The notes under the pieces: generated by a model | What the model saw: only the letters and a program-made list of their open reading frames with translations | The model's database searches: none | What the model was told of the DNA's origin: nothing | Shown here: positions 1 through 8,844 of the stretch, piece after piece | Position numbering within the stretch: position 1 is the first letter of the stretch | Layout of the letters: every line of letters begins with the position of its first letter | Assembly (NCBI GenBank): GCA_963833225.1 | Contig: CAWHXD010000019.1 | Coordinates: 224,001-288,000, forward strand | Direction: 5' to 3' | Length of the DNA stretch: 64,000 nucleotides | From: an uncultured Chloroflexia bacterium | Lineage (GTDB): Bacteria > Chloroflexota > Limnocylindria > Limnocylindrales > CSP1-4 | Program-made: the position numbers and the translations under genes

Positions 1-341
1 GTCCAGATCACCTCGACCAGGTTGTTGCCGTGCGTCTGGGCCGGGAGGGTGTCGTCCTCCGGCTTGCGGCGGTAGCGGAAGACCGTGAACACGATCGTCG
101 CCTCCACCAGCACGAAGATCACGGCGGCGATGGCGAACACGATGTCGTAGAGCTGCTTGGTCGCACTGCCCCGATCGGTGGCCGGTGTCCCGTTGTCGAC
201 CGGGAAGAAGCTGTTCCAGGCGCTCTGGGGCGTGACGCCGGCAGCAGCCAGCACGCCGATCACGATGACCGTGATCGCGACGATGATCAGGACCGCGACG
301 AGTGTTCCGGACCCCGTCCTGGGCCGGGAGGGCATCGACAT
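1..341 (-). CDS. coxB: Cytochrome c oxidase subunit II, N-terminal part (runs off the window edge)
   Basis: Manual translation from ATG 341: MSMPSRPR...LYDIVFAIAAVIFVLVEATIVFTVFRYRRKPEDDTLPAQTHGNNLVEVIWT, matching the COX2 TM signature HGN-x-x-EVIWT; divergent from ctaG. Confidence 0.9.
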   Translation of the reverse strand, partial: MSMPSRPRTGSGTLVAVLIIVAITVIVIGVLAAAGVTPQSAWNSFFPVDNGTPATDRGSATKQLYDIVFAIAAVIFVLVEATIVFTVFRYRRKPEDDTLPAQTHGNNLVEVIW

Positions 342-551
342 CAAGGTTCCTCGTTGATGTGACGTGCGGGAGCCGTTGGCAGCCGGTCGATGGGCAGAAG
401 CGGTGTGTCCGGGGACGCGCGCCGCCCGATCGGGGGCGCCGGACGCGGGCATCATACCGGAAGGTCACGGAATCGGGGGGCCGATTGCGGCGTGCGACCC
501 TGCCGAATGTCACATCGCCGCTCTCGAGGGGATTCGGGCGAGAATGGGCAA

Positions 552-1607
552 GTGACCGTGCGCCGCTCCGTTCACCACCTGCTCCGCGCCATGCCGGCCG
601 CCATCGCGGCCGCCGTCGTCGTCGCGGGACCCGTGCTCGCCCACGGTGGATTGGTGCCGGCCGCGGCCCCCGACGCGGCATCCCTGCTCCTGGGCTGGTC
701 GGGCGATCCGCTGGTCTGGCTGCCCGCGATCACCGCGCTCGTCCTGTGGTGGATCGGCATCCGGCGGGTCAACGCCGCCCACCCGACGAACCCGGTCCCG
801 CGGTCACGGACCGTGTCCTGGACGCTGGGGGTGATCGCCATCCTGTTCGCGCTCGACTCCGGCATCGAGCACTACGACACCACGCTGTTCTCCGTCCACA
901 TGATCCAGCACATGCTCCTGACGCTGGTGGCACCGCCGCTCCTGCTGCATGCCGGCCCCATCACGCTCCTCCTCCGGGCCTCGTCGGCGGAGACCCGGCG
1001 ACGCTGGATCTTCCCCTTCCTCCATGCGCGGGTCATCAAGGTGCTGGCGTTCCCCATGGTCGCGTGGGTGCTGTTCGCCGGGGTCATGTGGATCAGCCAC
1101 TTCTCGCCCCTGTTCGACGCCGCCCTCGAGAACGTGTGGATCCACCGCCTCGAGCACGCCCTGTACCTGAGCTCGGCGCTCCTGTTCTGGTGGCCGGTGA
1201 TCGGCCCGGATCCGTCCCCGTGGCCCCTGGGGCCAGCCGCGCGGGTGCTGTACGTCGGGCTGCAGATGCCGCAGAACACGTTCCTCGCCCTCGCGGTCTA
1301 CGCCTCCCCCGTGCCGCTCTACGCCCACTACCTGACCACCGGGCGGACGTGGGGGCCGACACCGCTCGAGGACCAGCAGATGGCGGGCGCGATCATGTGG
1401 GTCGGCGGCGACATGTGCTTCCTGGCGATGGTGGCCGTGCTGATGTTCCTCTGGATGCGGGACGACGAGCGACGGACGGTCGGGGAGGACCGGCGGCTCG
1501 CGGCCGAGGAGGCGGCGATCCGCGAGCGCGCCGTCGCGCTGGCGTCGCGGCGTGCCGCGGAGTTGGATCCCGCGGAGTTGGGTGCTGCGGAGCAACCGGA
1601 GGGCTAG
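552..1607 (+). CDS. ctaG: Cytochrome c oxidase assembly protein (caa3-type CtaG family)
   Basis: Multi-TM protein with FSVHMIQHMLL, APPLL, DQQMAGAIMW motifs; next to coxB; start uncertain (GTG 552 or ATG 591). Confidence 0.85.
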   Translation: MTVRRSVHHLLRAMPAAIAAAVVVAGPVLAHGGLVPAAAPDAASLLLGWSGDPLVWLPAITALVLWWIGIRRVNAAHPTNPVPRSRTVSWTLGVIAILFALDSGIEHYDTTLFSVHMIQHMLLTLVAPPLLLHAGPITLLLRASSAETRRRWIFPFLHARVIKVLAFPMVAWVLFAGVMWISHFSPLFDAALENVWIHRLEHALYLSSALLFWWPVIGPDPSPWPLGPAARVLYVGLQMPQNTFLALAVYASPVPLYAHYLTTGRTWGPTPLEDQQMAGAIMWVGGDMCFLAMVAVLMFLWMRDDERRTVGEDRRLAAEEAAIRERAVALASRRAAELDPAELGAAEQPEG

Positions 1608-1628
1608 GCTCTCGACTCGCGGATCGCG

Positions 1629-1677
1629 GATCGCCCTCACCGGTCCCGTGATCGCCCTCACCGGACCCGTGATCGCC
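1629..1677. repeat. 21-bp tandem repeat (~2.3 copies) in a convergent intergenic region
   Basis: gatcgccctcaccggtcccgt / gatcgccctcaccggacccgt / gatcgcc. Confidence 0.8.
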
Positions 1678-1794
1678 ATCTGCATCAGGATCGGCCCTTC
1701 CACGTTGAGTCCGGGACCCGAAACCCGGGTTTCATCGCGAGACCCCCTCGTGAGAGCGACGGATCTGATCCAGATCGCAATCAGCGCGAAGCAG

Positions 1795-2802
1795 CTACCC
1801 CTCGGGCGGGATCGGCGCCTCGAGATAGGCGAGGTAGCGGTCCGGGTCGACGTTGCCGCCGGAGACCACGCCCACGATCGGGCCATCGAGCGCGGTCAGG
1901 CCGGCCTCCGCCGAGTGGAAGCGCATCGCCGCCACCGGGAGGGCACCAGAGGGCTCCACCACGAGGCGTGCCTCCTCGGCCGCGAGCCGGACCGCCGCGG
2001 CGATCTCCGCCTCGCTGACCGTCACGATCATGTCCATCTGCGCCGAGAGGTGGGCGAAGTTGAGGCGCCCGATCGACTGGGTTCGGGTGCCATCGGCGAT
2101 CGTGCGGCTGACCCGCTCGGCGGACCAGCCGACGATGTGACCGGCCGCAAGCGATTCCTGCGCGTCCGCGGCGAGCTCGGGTTCCACGCCGATGATCCGG
2201 GCCCTGGGCACGAGCGCCGTCAGGGCGGCCGCGACGCCACTCGCCAGCCCCCCGCCGCCGACCGGCACCAGCACCGCCGCCACGTCGGGCATGGCCTCGG
2301 CGATCTCCAGGCCCGCGGTGCCCTGGCCGGCGACGATCAGGGGATCGTCGTAGGGCGGGATGATCGCGAGACCGCGCGCCGCGGCGATCCGCTCCGCGAC
2401 CAGCCGCCGCTCCTCGGACGCGGTGCCGACGATCACGACCTCCGCTCCATCCTGCTCCACCCGGGCTCGCTTGAGCGCAGGCGCGTCCGACGGCATGACG
2501 ATCACCGCCGGCACGCCCAGCAACGCCGCGGCGCGGGCGACCCCCTGGGCGTGGTTGCCCGACGAGTAGGTGATCAGGCCTCGTGCGCGCTCCTCGGGTG
2601 CGAGCGCCGCTGCCGCCACGTACGCCCCGCGCAGCTTGAATGCGCCGATCGGCTGGAGGGACTCCGCCTTGAGCCACTGGCGGCGCTCCGGACGGCCGAA
2701 CGGGACCAGCGGGGTGCGCAGCGTGATCCCGCGCAGGATCTCCGCGGCGGCGCGGATGTCAGCGATGGTGACCAGGGTCGGGGCAGGATGCTCGTCGGTC
2801 AT
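1795..2802 (-). CDS. Threonine/serine dehydratase (PLP, short form without ACT domain)
   Basis: KAESLQPIGAFKLRG PLP-lysine motif, SSGNH, PVGGGGL, SGGN; start ATG 2802 (MTDEHP). Confidence 0.9.
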   Translation of the reverse strand: MTDEHPAPTLVTIADIRAAAEILRGITLRTPLVPFGRPERRQWLKAESLQPIGAFKLRGAYVAAAALAPEERARGLITYSSGNHAQGVARAAALLGVPAVIVMPSDAPALKRARVEQDGAEVVIVGTASEERRLVAERIAAARGLAIIPPYDDPLIVAGQGTAGLEIAEAMPDVAAVLVPVGGGGLASGVAAALTALVPRARIIGVEPELAADAQESLAAGHIVGWSAERVSRTIADGTRTQSIGRLNFAHLSAQMDMIVTVSEAEIAAAVRLAAEEARLVVEPSGALPVAAMRFHSAEAGLTALDGPIVGVVSGGNVDPDRYLAYLEAPIPPEG

Positions 2803-2815
2803 CGGGGCTCGTCGG

Positions 2816-3163
2816 TCAGCGCCGGCGGACGGTCGTTCGCGAGCACTCGATGCACAGCGCCGTCCACGGCAGCGCCTCGAGCCGCTCGGGCGGGATGGGG
2901 CGCCCACACGCGGTACAGGCGCCGTACGTGCCCTCGTCGAGCCGCGCGAGGGCGGCGTCGATGTCGGCGAGGTGCCCGCGGTTGTGATCCCGGAGCGCGA
3001 GGTCCCGCTGCTGCTCGAAGACATGGCTTGCCGCCGCCGCCTGCGATCCGTAGGTCATGGGACCCGGCGCCTCGATCTCGTTCTCGCTGAGCTCCGTGAG
3101 CACGCGCTCGCGCTCCGCCGTCAGGGCGGCGCGGGCGTCGGTCGGCGTCGGCTCGGGATCCAT
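2816..3163 (-). CDS. DksA/TraR C4-type zinc-finger protein
   Basis: ALARLDEGTYGACTACGRPIPPERLEALPWTALCIEC. Confidence 0.9.
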   Translation of the reverse strand: MDPEPTPTDARAALTAERERVLTELSENEIEAPGPMTYGSQAAAASHVFEQQRDLALRDHNRGHLADIDAALARLDEGTYGACTACGRPIPPERLEALPWTALCIECSRTTVRRR

Positions 3164-3310
3164 GGTCTGCCGATCCTACCCGCGCGCGCACAGACCCGTG
3201 AGGGCCGTTCGGCCGATCCGCGTAAGTCGCAGATAAGTGGCTCGGGCCAGACTCCCGTCCTGACTCGTCGGGCAACGTCGCCCGCGCGTCGAGCACAGGA
3301 GGATGAGAAC

Positions 3311-3412
3311 GTGTCCAGGAAGGTGAGGCGGGCGTTCGTGCGCGCGCTGCCCGCGGTGATGGCGATGCTGCCGGCGGTCGCGCTGATCGTCGACGGGGCG
3401 AAGCGATGGTGA
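3311..3412 (+). CDS. 33-aa signal-peptide-like small protein MSRKVRRAFVRALPAVMAMLPAVALIVDGAKRW
   Basis: AGGAGG at 3297-3302, 8 nt before GTG; basic N-terminus, hydrophobic core; C-terminal DGAKRW identical to the ORF at 8539-8634. Confidence 0.75.
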   Translation: MSRKVRRAFVRALPAVMAMLPAVALIVDGAKRW

Positions 3413-3558
3413 CCATGCGGGCCGGCGAAGGCCCCAGCGGGTACGCCCGGCGCTGGTAGCCCAGCCGCGTCCGAGCGAGCCGCAGCCTGGTGCTCGAGCG
3501 TCGGGGCAGACACCTTCCGGGCAGGGCCGCGTTTCCGGATGTCCCGCATCATGGGCGG

Positions 3559-4134
3559 ATGCATCGCCCCTGGTCGGCCGCGGCCGGCATCATCGTGTTC
3601 GTCGGACTCGGGCTGCTTGCGGTCGTCACCGTCGCGTGCGATGCGGGGTCGGCGGACGCCACTCCGCCTATCACCCCGGGGACCAGCTCGGCGCCCAGGG
3701 AGCTCAACATCGTCGCCAGGGACTTCGCCTATGCCCCCGCGACCGTGGACCTTGTCCCGGGCGAGACGGTGATCCTCCACGTGGTCAACGGCGGCCTCGT
3801 GACCCACGAGGCCATCCTCGGTGACCTGGAGACGCAGCTTGCCTGGGAGAGCGCGGAGTCGCCGTTTGCCAACCCACCGCCGGGCCCGACGCCGGTGGTG
3901 CCGGCGCCCCCGGGCTTCGACGGCGTCCGGGCGGTGGTCGAGTCCGGGCAGCGGATCGACGTCGTGTGGACGGTCCCGGCCAGCGCGGCGGGCGACCCGA
4001 ACGGCTGGTACGTCGGCTGCCACATCCCCGGCCACTGGGCGAAGGGCATGGTGGTGCCCGTCCGGTTCGTGGACCCGGCCGGCAATCCGCTCGCCTCCAC
4101 CCCACCCCTCCCGGCAGGTCTCACCGGGGGCTGA
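3559..4134 (+). CDS. Cupredoxin-like (type-1 copper) putative lipoprotein
   Basis: Hydrophobic leader ending VTVAC; VNGGLVTHE and GCHIPGHWAKGM give a His/Cys/His/Met ligand set. Confidence 0.8.
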   Translation: MHRPWSAAAGIIVFVGLGLLAVVTVACDAGSADATPPITPGTSSAPRELNIVARDFAYAPATVDLVPGETVILHVVNGGLVTHEAILGDLETQLAWESAESPFANPPPGPTPVVPAPPGFDGVRAVVESGQRIDVVWTVPASAAGDPNGWYVGCHIPGHWAKGMVVPVRFVDPAGNPLASTPPLPAGLTGG

Positions 4135-4273
4135 TCCCGGGCCATTGGTCACCCGCGGATGTGCCGCCGATGCACGCCGGATCCCGATCCGGGGGTGTAG
4201 GCTAGCCCGCGGTGCGTGGACCGCCGCGCGCCCCATGGCCGCGCAATAACAGCATCAGGAGAGCCTCAGAAAC

Positions 4274-4561
<288 letters not shown>

Positions 4562-4738
4562 GGCAGCGCCTCTGTCGGACGCCCTGAGGCCGGTCAGCGG
4601 CCGCGGACGCCCGTCCATCGTCACGCACCGACAGCCCCGCATCGCTGCGGGGCTGTTTCGCGTGCGCCGCCCGTCACTGCCGAGCGGGCGCGACGGCCTC
4701 CCGCGGCCAGAGCGGCAGGTCCCCGTAGACTGGGCTCC

Positions 4739-5596
4739 ATGCGCATCGTGTCGCTCCTGCCGGACGCCACCGAGATCCTGCTCGCCCTCGGTCTCGAGGA
4801 TGAGCTGGTGGGCGTCACGCACCGCTGCGACGTGCCCACGATCGCCGGTGAGCCGGCCGTGTTGACACGCCCGGGATCGGCCGGGGGCGATGCGCTCGAC
4901 GCCGCGGGGCTGGTCGACGCGGACCCGGAGCTGATCATCGTGGGCGCCGGTTGGGATGGCGCCGTGACCGCCCGTCTCGTCGAGGCAGCATTCGCCGATA
5001 CGGAGGCGGCGCCAAGCGTGATGACGCACGCCCCGTCGACCGTCGAGGGGGTGCTCAACGCCATCGTCGGCATTGGAGCGATGACCGAGGCCGAGGATGA
5101 AGCCCTCGGCGTCGTCGAGGGCCTCCGCGAGCGCCTCCGGGAGCTCCAGGGCATCGTGCTGAGTCGTCGGGACGGCGGCTTCCGGCCGCCGAGGATCGTG
5201 CTGCTCGGAGCGGTGGACCCGCCCCGGACGGTCGGGCGCTGGATCCCGGACCAGGTGCGGCTCGCCGGTGGCTGGGAGCTGCTCGGGCAGGCGGGCGGGG
5301 CGGGCGAGGCCACCACCTGGCAGGCCGTGGCCGACATGGACCCCGAGGTGCTCGTCGTGCTCCCGGGTGGCCTGCCGCTGGCGGAGGCCGCGCGAGCCTG
5401 GGAGGCTTCTGCACGACCGCCGGGCTGGGGCGAGCTGAGCGCGGTGCAGGCGGGTCGGGCGTTTGTCGTCGACGGCGGTCCGTTCGTGCTCGCGGGGCCG
5501 CGGGTGGTCGACGGCATCGAGATCCTGGCCGAGCTGCTCGACCCGGCGGCGTTTGACGGGATGTCGCCGCCCACGACGTGGCTCCCGGCGTCCTGA
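4739..5596 (+). CDS. BtuF-like cobalamin/Fe-siderophore substrate-binding-fold protein, no signal peptide
   Basis: MRIVSLLPDATEILLALGL...VGVTHRCD, GPRVVDGIEILA. Confidence 0.75.
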   Translation: MRIVSLLPDATEILLALGLEDELVGVTHRCDVPTIAGEPAVLTRPGSAGGDALDAAGLVDADPELIIVGAGWDGAVTARLVEAAFADTEAAPSVMTHAPSTVEGVLNAIVGIGAMTEAEDEALGVVEGLRERLRELQGIVLSRRDGGFRPPRIVLLGAVDPPRTVGRWIPDQVRLAGGWELLGQAGGAGEATTWQAVADMDPEVLVVLPGGLPLAEAARAWEASARPPGWGELSAVQAGRAFVVDGGPFVLAGPRVVDGIEILAELLDPAAFDGMSPPTTWLPAS

Positions 5597-5608
5597 GCGC
5601 CCCGCGCC

Positions 5609-6442
5609 GTGGCCTACCGTCAGCATTTCGACTGCCTGTGGTGTGGAACCGCGTGGGCAACGCGAGGGCCGGACGACATCGAGGGCTGGGCACAGCTGTG
5701 TCCGGCCTGCATGGGCAAGGCCGGCGACAACGCGTTCCTGCGGGCCCGGCTCCGGTCGGGCCTGGCTGCGAGGGCCGCCGCCGGCGGTGGCAAGGGCGGC
5801 GTTCGCGTCGCTGCCGCTCGGGCCGCCCGTCGACCGGTACCGCCGCCGGCGTTCCCCGACGACTGGTTCCTGCGCCGGGGAGCCTTCGCGCACGGGCCGG
5901 TCCACGACGCCGCCTGGGCGGCTGAGCTGGACATGGTGACCCGCTGGCTCGACGACCTCCCGCTTGCCGGCCGGATCGTGGAGCTCGCCGCGGGCACCGG
6001 GTTCTTCTCGCCGCTGCTTGCCGAACGGGGCGAGCTGTTCGCGTTCGAGGCCGACGGCGAGGCGCTGGGCCTCGCGCGCGACCGGCTCGTCGCGCACCGG
6101 CTGCGTGCCCATCTGCATGTCGCGGACCCGTGGGCGACGTTCCCCCCGGGTGCGGATCCCACGCCGGCCGATGCGCTTGTCGTCGCGTTCCAGCTGGGTC
6201 GCGTGCGGGGAGCCGGGCTGGACGCCGCGGCGGGCTCGCTCCGGGAACGGCTGGGCCGGCCTGGCCGGCTGGCGGTCATCGACCTTCGCCCCGATCCCGC
6301 GGGCGGTCCGCCGCCGGGCACCACGTGGTCATGGCACGATCCGTCGCTGGTCGAGGCATCGATGTTGCGGGCGGGCTTCACCCAGGTCGAGATCACGACG
6401 ACCGGCCGGTTCTTCCTCACCCTCGACGCCGTCGCGCGCTGA
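5609..6442 (+). CDS. Class I SAM-dependent methyltransferase-like protein with N-terminal CxxC..CxxC
   Basis: IVELAAGTG motif I; CLWC...CPAC at N-terminus. Confidence 0.7.
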   Translation: MAYRQHFDCLWCGTAWATRGPDDIEGWAQLCPACMGKAGDNAFLRARLRSGLAARAAAGGGKGGVRVAAARAARRPVPPPAFPDDWFLRRGAFAHGPVHDAAWAAELDMVTRWLDDLPLAGRIVELAAGTGFFSPLLAERGELFAFEADGEALGLARDRLVAHRLRAHLHVADPWATFPPGADPTPADALVVAFQLGRVRGAGLDAAAGSLRERLGRPGRLAVIDLRPDPAGGPPPGTTWSWHDPSLVEASMLRAGFTQVEITTTGRFFLTLDAVAR

Positions 6443-6503
6443 ACAGGCTCGCGGACCCTGTCGGGGCGGGAACGGACCAATCGCGGTGGTATCCTCCGGC
6501 CCG

Positions 6504-7361
6504 ATGTCGCCCCTTTCCAGCCGCACCATCGCGACCGTCGGTTCCGGGGTCATGGCGGAGGCCATGATCGCGGGGCTGTTGCGTGGCCACCTCGTCGAGC
6601 CCGGGCAGGTCGTCGCCAGCCACCCGCGAGCGGAACGGCGGACCGCGCTCGCGGAGACGCACGGGATCCGCGTCGTTGCCTCCAACCCGGAGGCGGTCGA
6701 CGGAGCCGACGTGGTCATCCTCGCCGTCAAGCCGCAGATGCTCGCGCGGGTCGGCCGGGAGATCGGGCCGCGCTTGCGCACGGGTCAGCTGGTGGTCTCG
6801 GTGCTCGCCGGGCCGACGACCCACGCCCTGGTCACGGTCCTGGGTCACGACCAGGTCGTTCGCGCGATGCCCAACACCCCCGCCCGGATCGGCAGCGGGA
6901 TGACGGTCTGGTATGCCACGCCAGCCACGACCGCGGAGCAGCGGAGCCAGGCGAAGGCCCTGCTGGCCGCCCTCGGGGCTGAGCTCGAGGTCGAGGACGA
7001 GAAGTGGGTCGCCATGGCCACGGCGATCTCGGGCACTGGCCCCGCCTACGTGTTCCTCGTCATGGAGGCGCTGATCGACGCGGCCGTCCACCTGGGCTTC
7101 CCGCGCCACATTGCACACGACATCGTGATCGAGACCCTGGAAGGCAGCACCCGGTTCGCCAAGCAGTCCGGCGATCACCCCGCCGTCCTGCGCAACATGG
7201 TCACGTCGCCGGCCGGGACCAGTGCCGCCGCCATCCACGAGCTGGAGTCGGGCCGCCTGCGCACGGTCCTCTCCGAGGCCGTGTGGGCCGCCTTCCGCCG
7301 CACGGTGGAGCTGGGCGACCAGATGGAGGCGCAGCTGGCCAAGGACAACGCCCCGCGCTGA
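6504..7361 (+). CDS. proC: Pyrroline-5-carboxylate reductase
   Basis: GSGVMA, LAVKPQ, RAMPNTP, SGTGPAY, VTSPAGTS. Confidence 0.95.
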   Translation: MSPLSSRTIATVGSGVMAEAMIAGLLRGHLVEPGQVVASHPRAERRTALAETHGIRVVASNPEAVDGADVVILAVKPQMLARVGREIGPRLRTGQLVVSVLAGPTTHALVTVLGHDQVVRAMPNTPARIGSGMTVWYATPATTAEQRSQAKALLAALGAELEVEDEKWVAMATAISGTGPAYVFLVMEALIDAAVHLGFPRHIAHDIVIETLEGSTRFAKQSGDHPAVLRNMVTSPAGTSAAAIHELESGRLRTVLSEAVWAAFRRTVELGDQMEAQLAKDNAPR

Positions 7362-7479
7362 ATGGATACCAACCCGGCCGGCGCCGGCCGTCGCACGGCG
7401 CGCGACCCCGACGAGCTCCGGCTCCTCGCCGGATCATCCGGCGGCCTGATCACCTCGACCTCCATGACCGGAGGCCACG

Positions 7480-8457
7480 ATGGCGTCTGAGTCCGCCGCC
7501 AGCAGGGTCGCCGAGCGCGCCATGCGGTCCACCCTGCTCGCTCTCTCGCATCGCCGGGTGCTGGGCCGGCTGGCGACCCGGGTGCCGATCACCCGGCCGA
7601 TGGTGCGGCGCTTCATCTGTGCGGAGACGCTCGAGGACGCGCTGCCGGCGATCCGCACGCTGCGCGACGAGGGGCTGGGAACCACGGTTGACGTGCTGGG
7701 CGAGTCCGTGACGGTCGAGGCGGACGCGCGGGCCGCTGCCGAGCGGTACCGGACGGTCCTCGACGCGCTTGCCCTGAGTGGGCTGGACCGGAACGTGTCG
7801 CTCAAGCCAACCCAGATGGGCCTCGCCATCGACGTCGGGCTTGCCCGTGAGACGATCGGGGGCATCGTGGAGAGGGCCGTGGAGCTGGGCGCGTTCATCC
7901 GCATCGACATGGAGGACCACACCACCACGGACCGGACGCTCGACCTGTGGCGGGACGTGCGCCCGACAGGGTGGCGCGACGGTGGCGCCGACGTGGGGGT
8001 GGTCATCCAGGCGGCGCTCCGCCGGAGTGACGCCGACGTGGAGGCGATCATCGCCGAGGGCGGGAGGGTCCGGCTGTGCAAGGGGGCCTACAACGAGCCC
8101 GCCAGCGTCGCCTACGCCGACAAGGCCGACGTGGACGGGGCCTACGAGCGCCTGATGCTCCGGCTCCTTCGGGCGGGCCGCTACCCGGCTATCGCGACCC
8201 ACGACGTTCGCCTGATCAGGCGCGCCATCGCGGTCGCCGAGGCGGAGGGCATCGCCCGGGACAGCTTCGAGTTCCAGATGCTGTACGGCGTGCGCCGCGA
8301 TCTCCAGGAGCAGCTGGCAGGAGCCGGCTGGCGTGTCCGGACCTACGTGCCCTTCGGCTCCCAGTGGTATCCGTACTTCATGCGCCGGCTTGCCGAGCGC
8401 CCGGCGAACGTCTCGTTCATCCTGCGCAACCTGTGGCGCGAGCGCGGCCGGGCCTGA
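7480..8457 (+). CDS. Monofunctional proline dehydrogenase
   Basis: SLKPTQMG, RIDME, RLCKGAY, ATHD, FQMLYG, YFMRRLAERPAN. Confidence 0.93.
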   Translation: MASESAASRVAERAMRSTLLALSHRRVLGRLATRVPITRPMVRRFICAETLEDALPAIRTLRDEGLGTTVDVLGESVTVEADARAAAERYRTVLDALALSGLDRNVSLKPTQMGLAIDVGLARETIGGIVERAVELGAFIRIDMEDHTTTDRTLDLWRDVRPTGWRDGGADVGVVIQAALRRSDADVEAIIAEGGRVRLCKGAYNEPASVAYADKADVDGAYERLMLRLLRAGRYPAIATHDVRLIRRAIAVAEAEGIARDSFEFQMLYGVRRDLQEQLAGAGWRVRTYVPFGSQWYPYFMRRLAERPANVSFILRNLWRERGRA

Positions 8458-8477
8458 TCAGGACCCCGGGAATCCAA

Positions 8478-8505
8478 GAGCCGCCAGGTGGGCCCCTGGC
8501 GGCTC
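8478..8505. terminator. Hairpin between convergent genes (probable bidirectional terminator)
   Basis: gagccgccagg-tgggcc-cctggcggctc, 11-bp perfect stem. Confidence 0.65.
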
Positions 8506-8538
8506 AGGCCCCGGCGGTGGGGACGGGACAGGAGGCGA

Positions 8539-8634
8539 CTACCAGCGCTTGGCGCCGTCGATGATGAAGCCGAAGGCGGCCATCGAGCCGAGGAACAGGA
8601 TCGCGCGGTTGGCGATGTACTTCATCTTGAGCAT
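8539..8634 (-). CDS. 31-aa signal-peptide-like small protein MLKMKYIANRAILFLGSMAAFGFIIDGAKRW
   Basis: SD AAAGGA upstream of ATG 8634; GC-rich third positions; same architecture and same DGAKRW end as 3311-3412. Confidence 0.8.
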   Translation of the reverse strand: MLKMKYIANRAILFLGSMAAFGFIIDGAKRW

Positions 8635-8844
8635 TTCAGTTCCTTTGTTCGAAGCTTGGTAGGGCACTGTCCCTATCGAGGCTTCGACCCTAGCCGGTGC
8701 TCCCGGACCATGGCGATGACCCACTCGTACTGGGACCCCCCCTGACCCTCGAGCCACGTTGACGGCGGGCAACGGTCAGCGCGGGCCGTGGCAGCGGCCC
8801 GGGGCCGGTCCCGACGGGTCTCGGCAGGCCCGGCCAGGCGAGGT

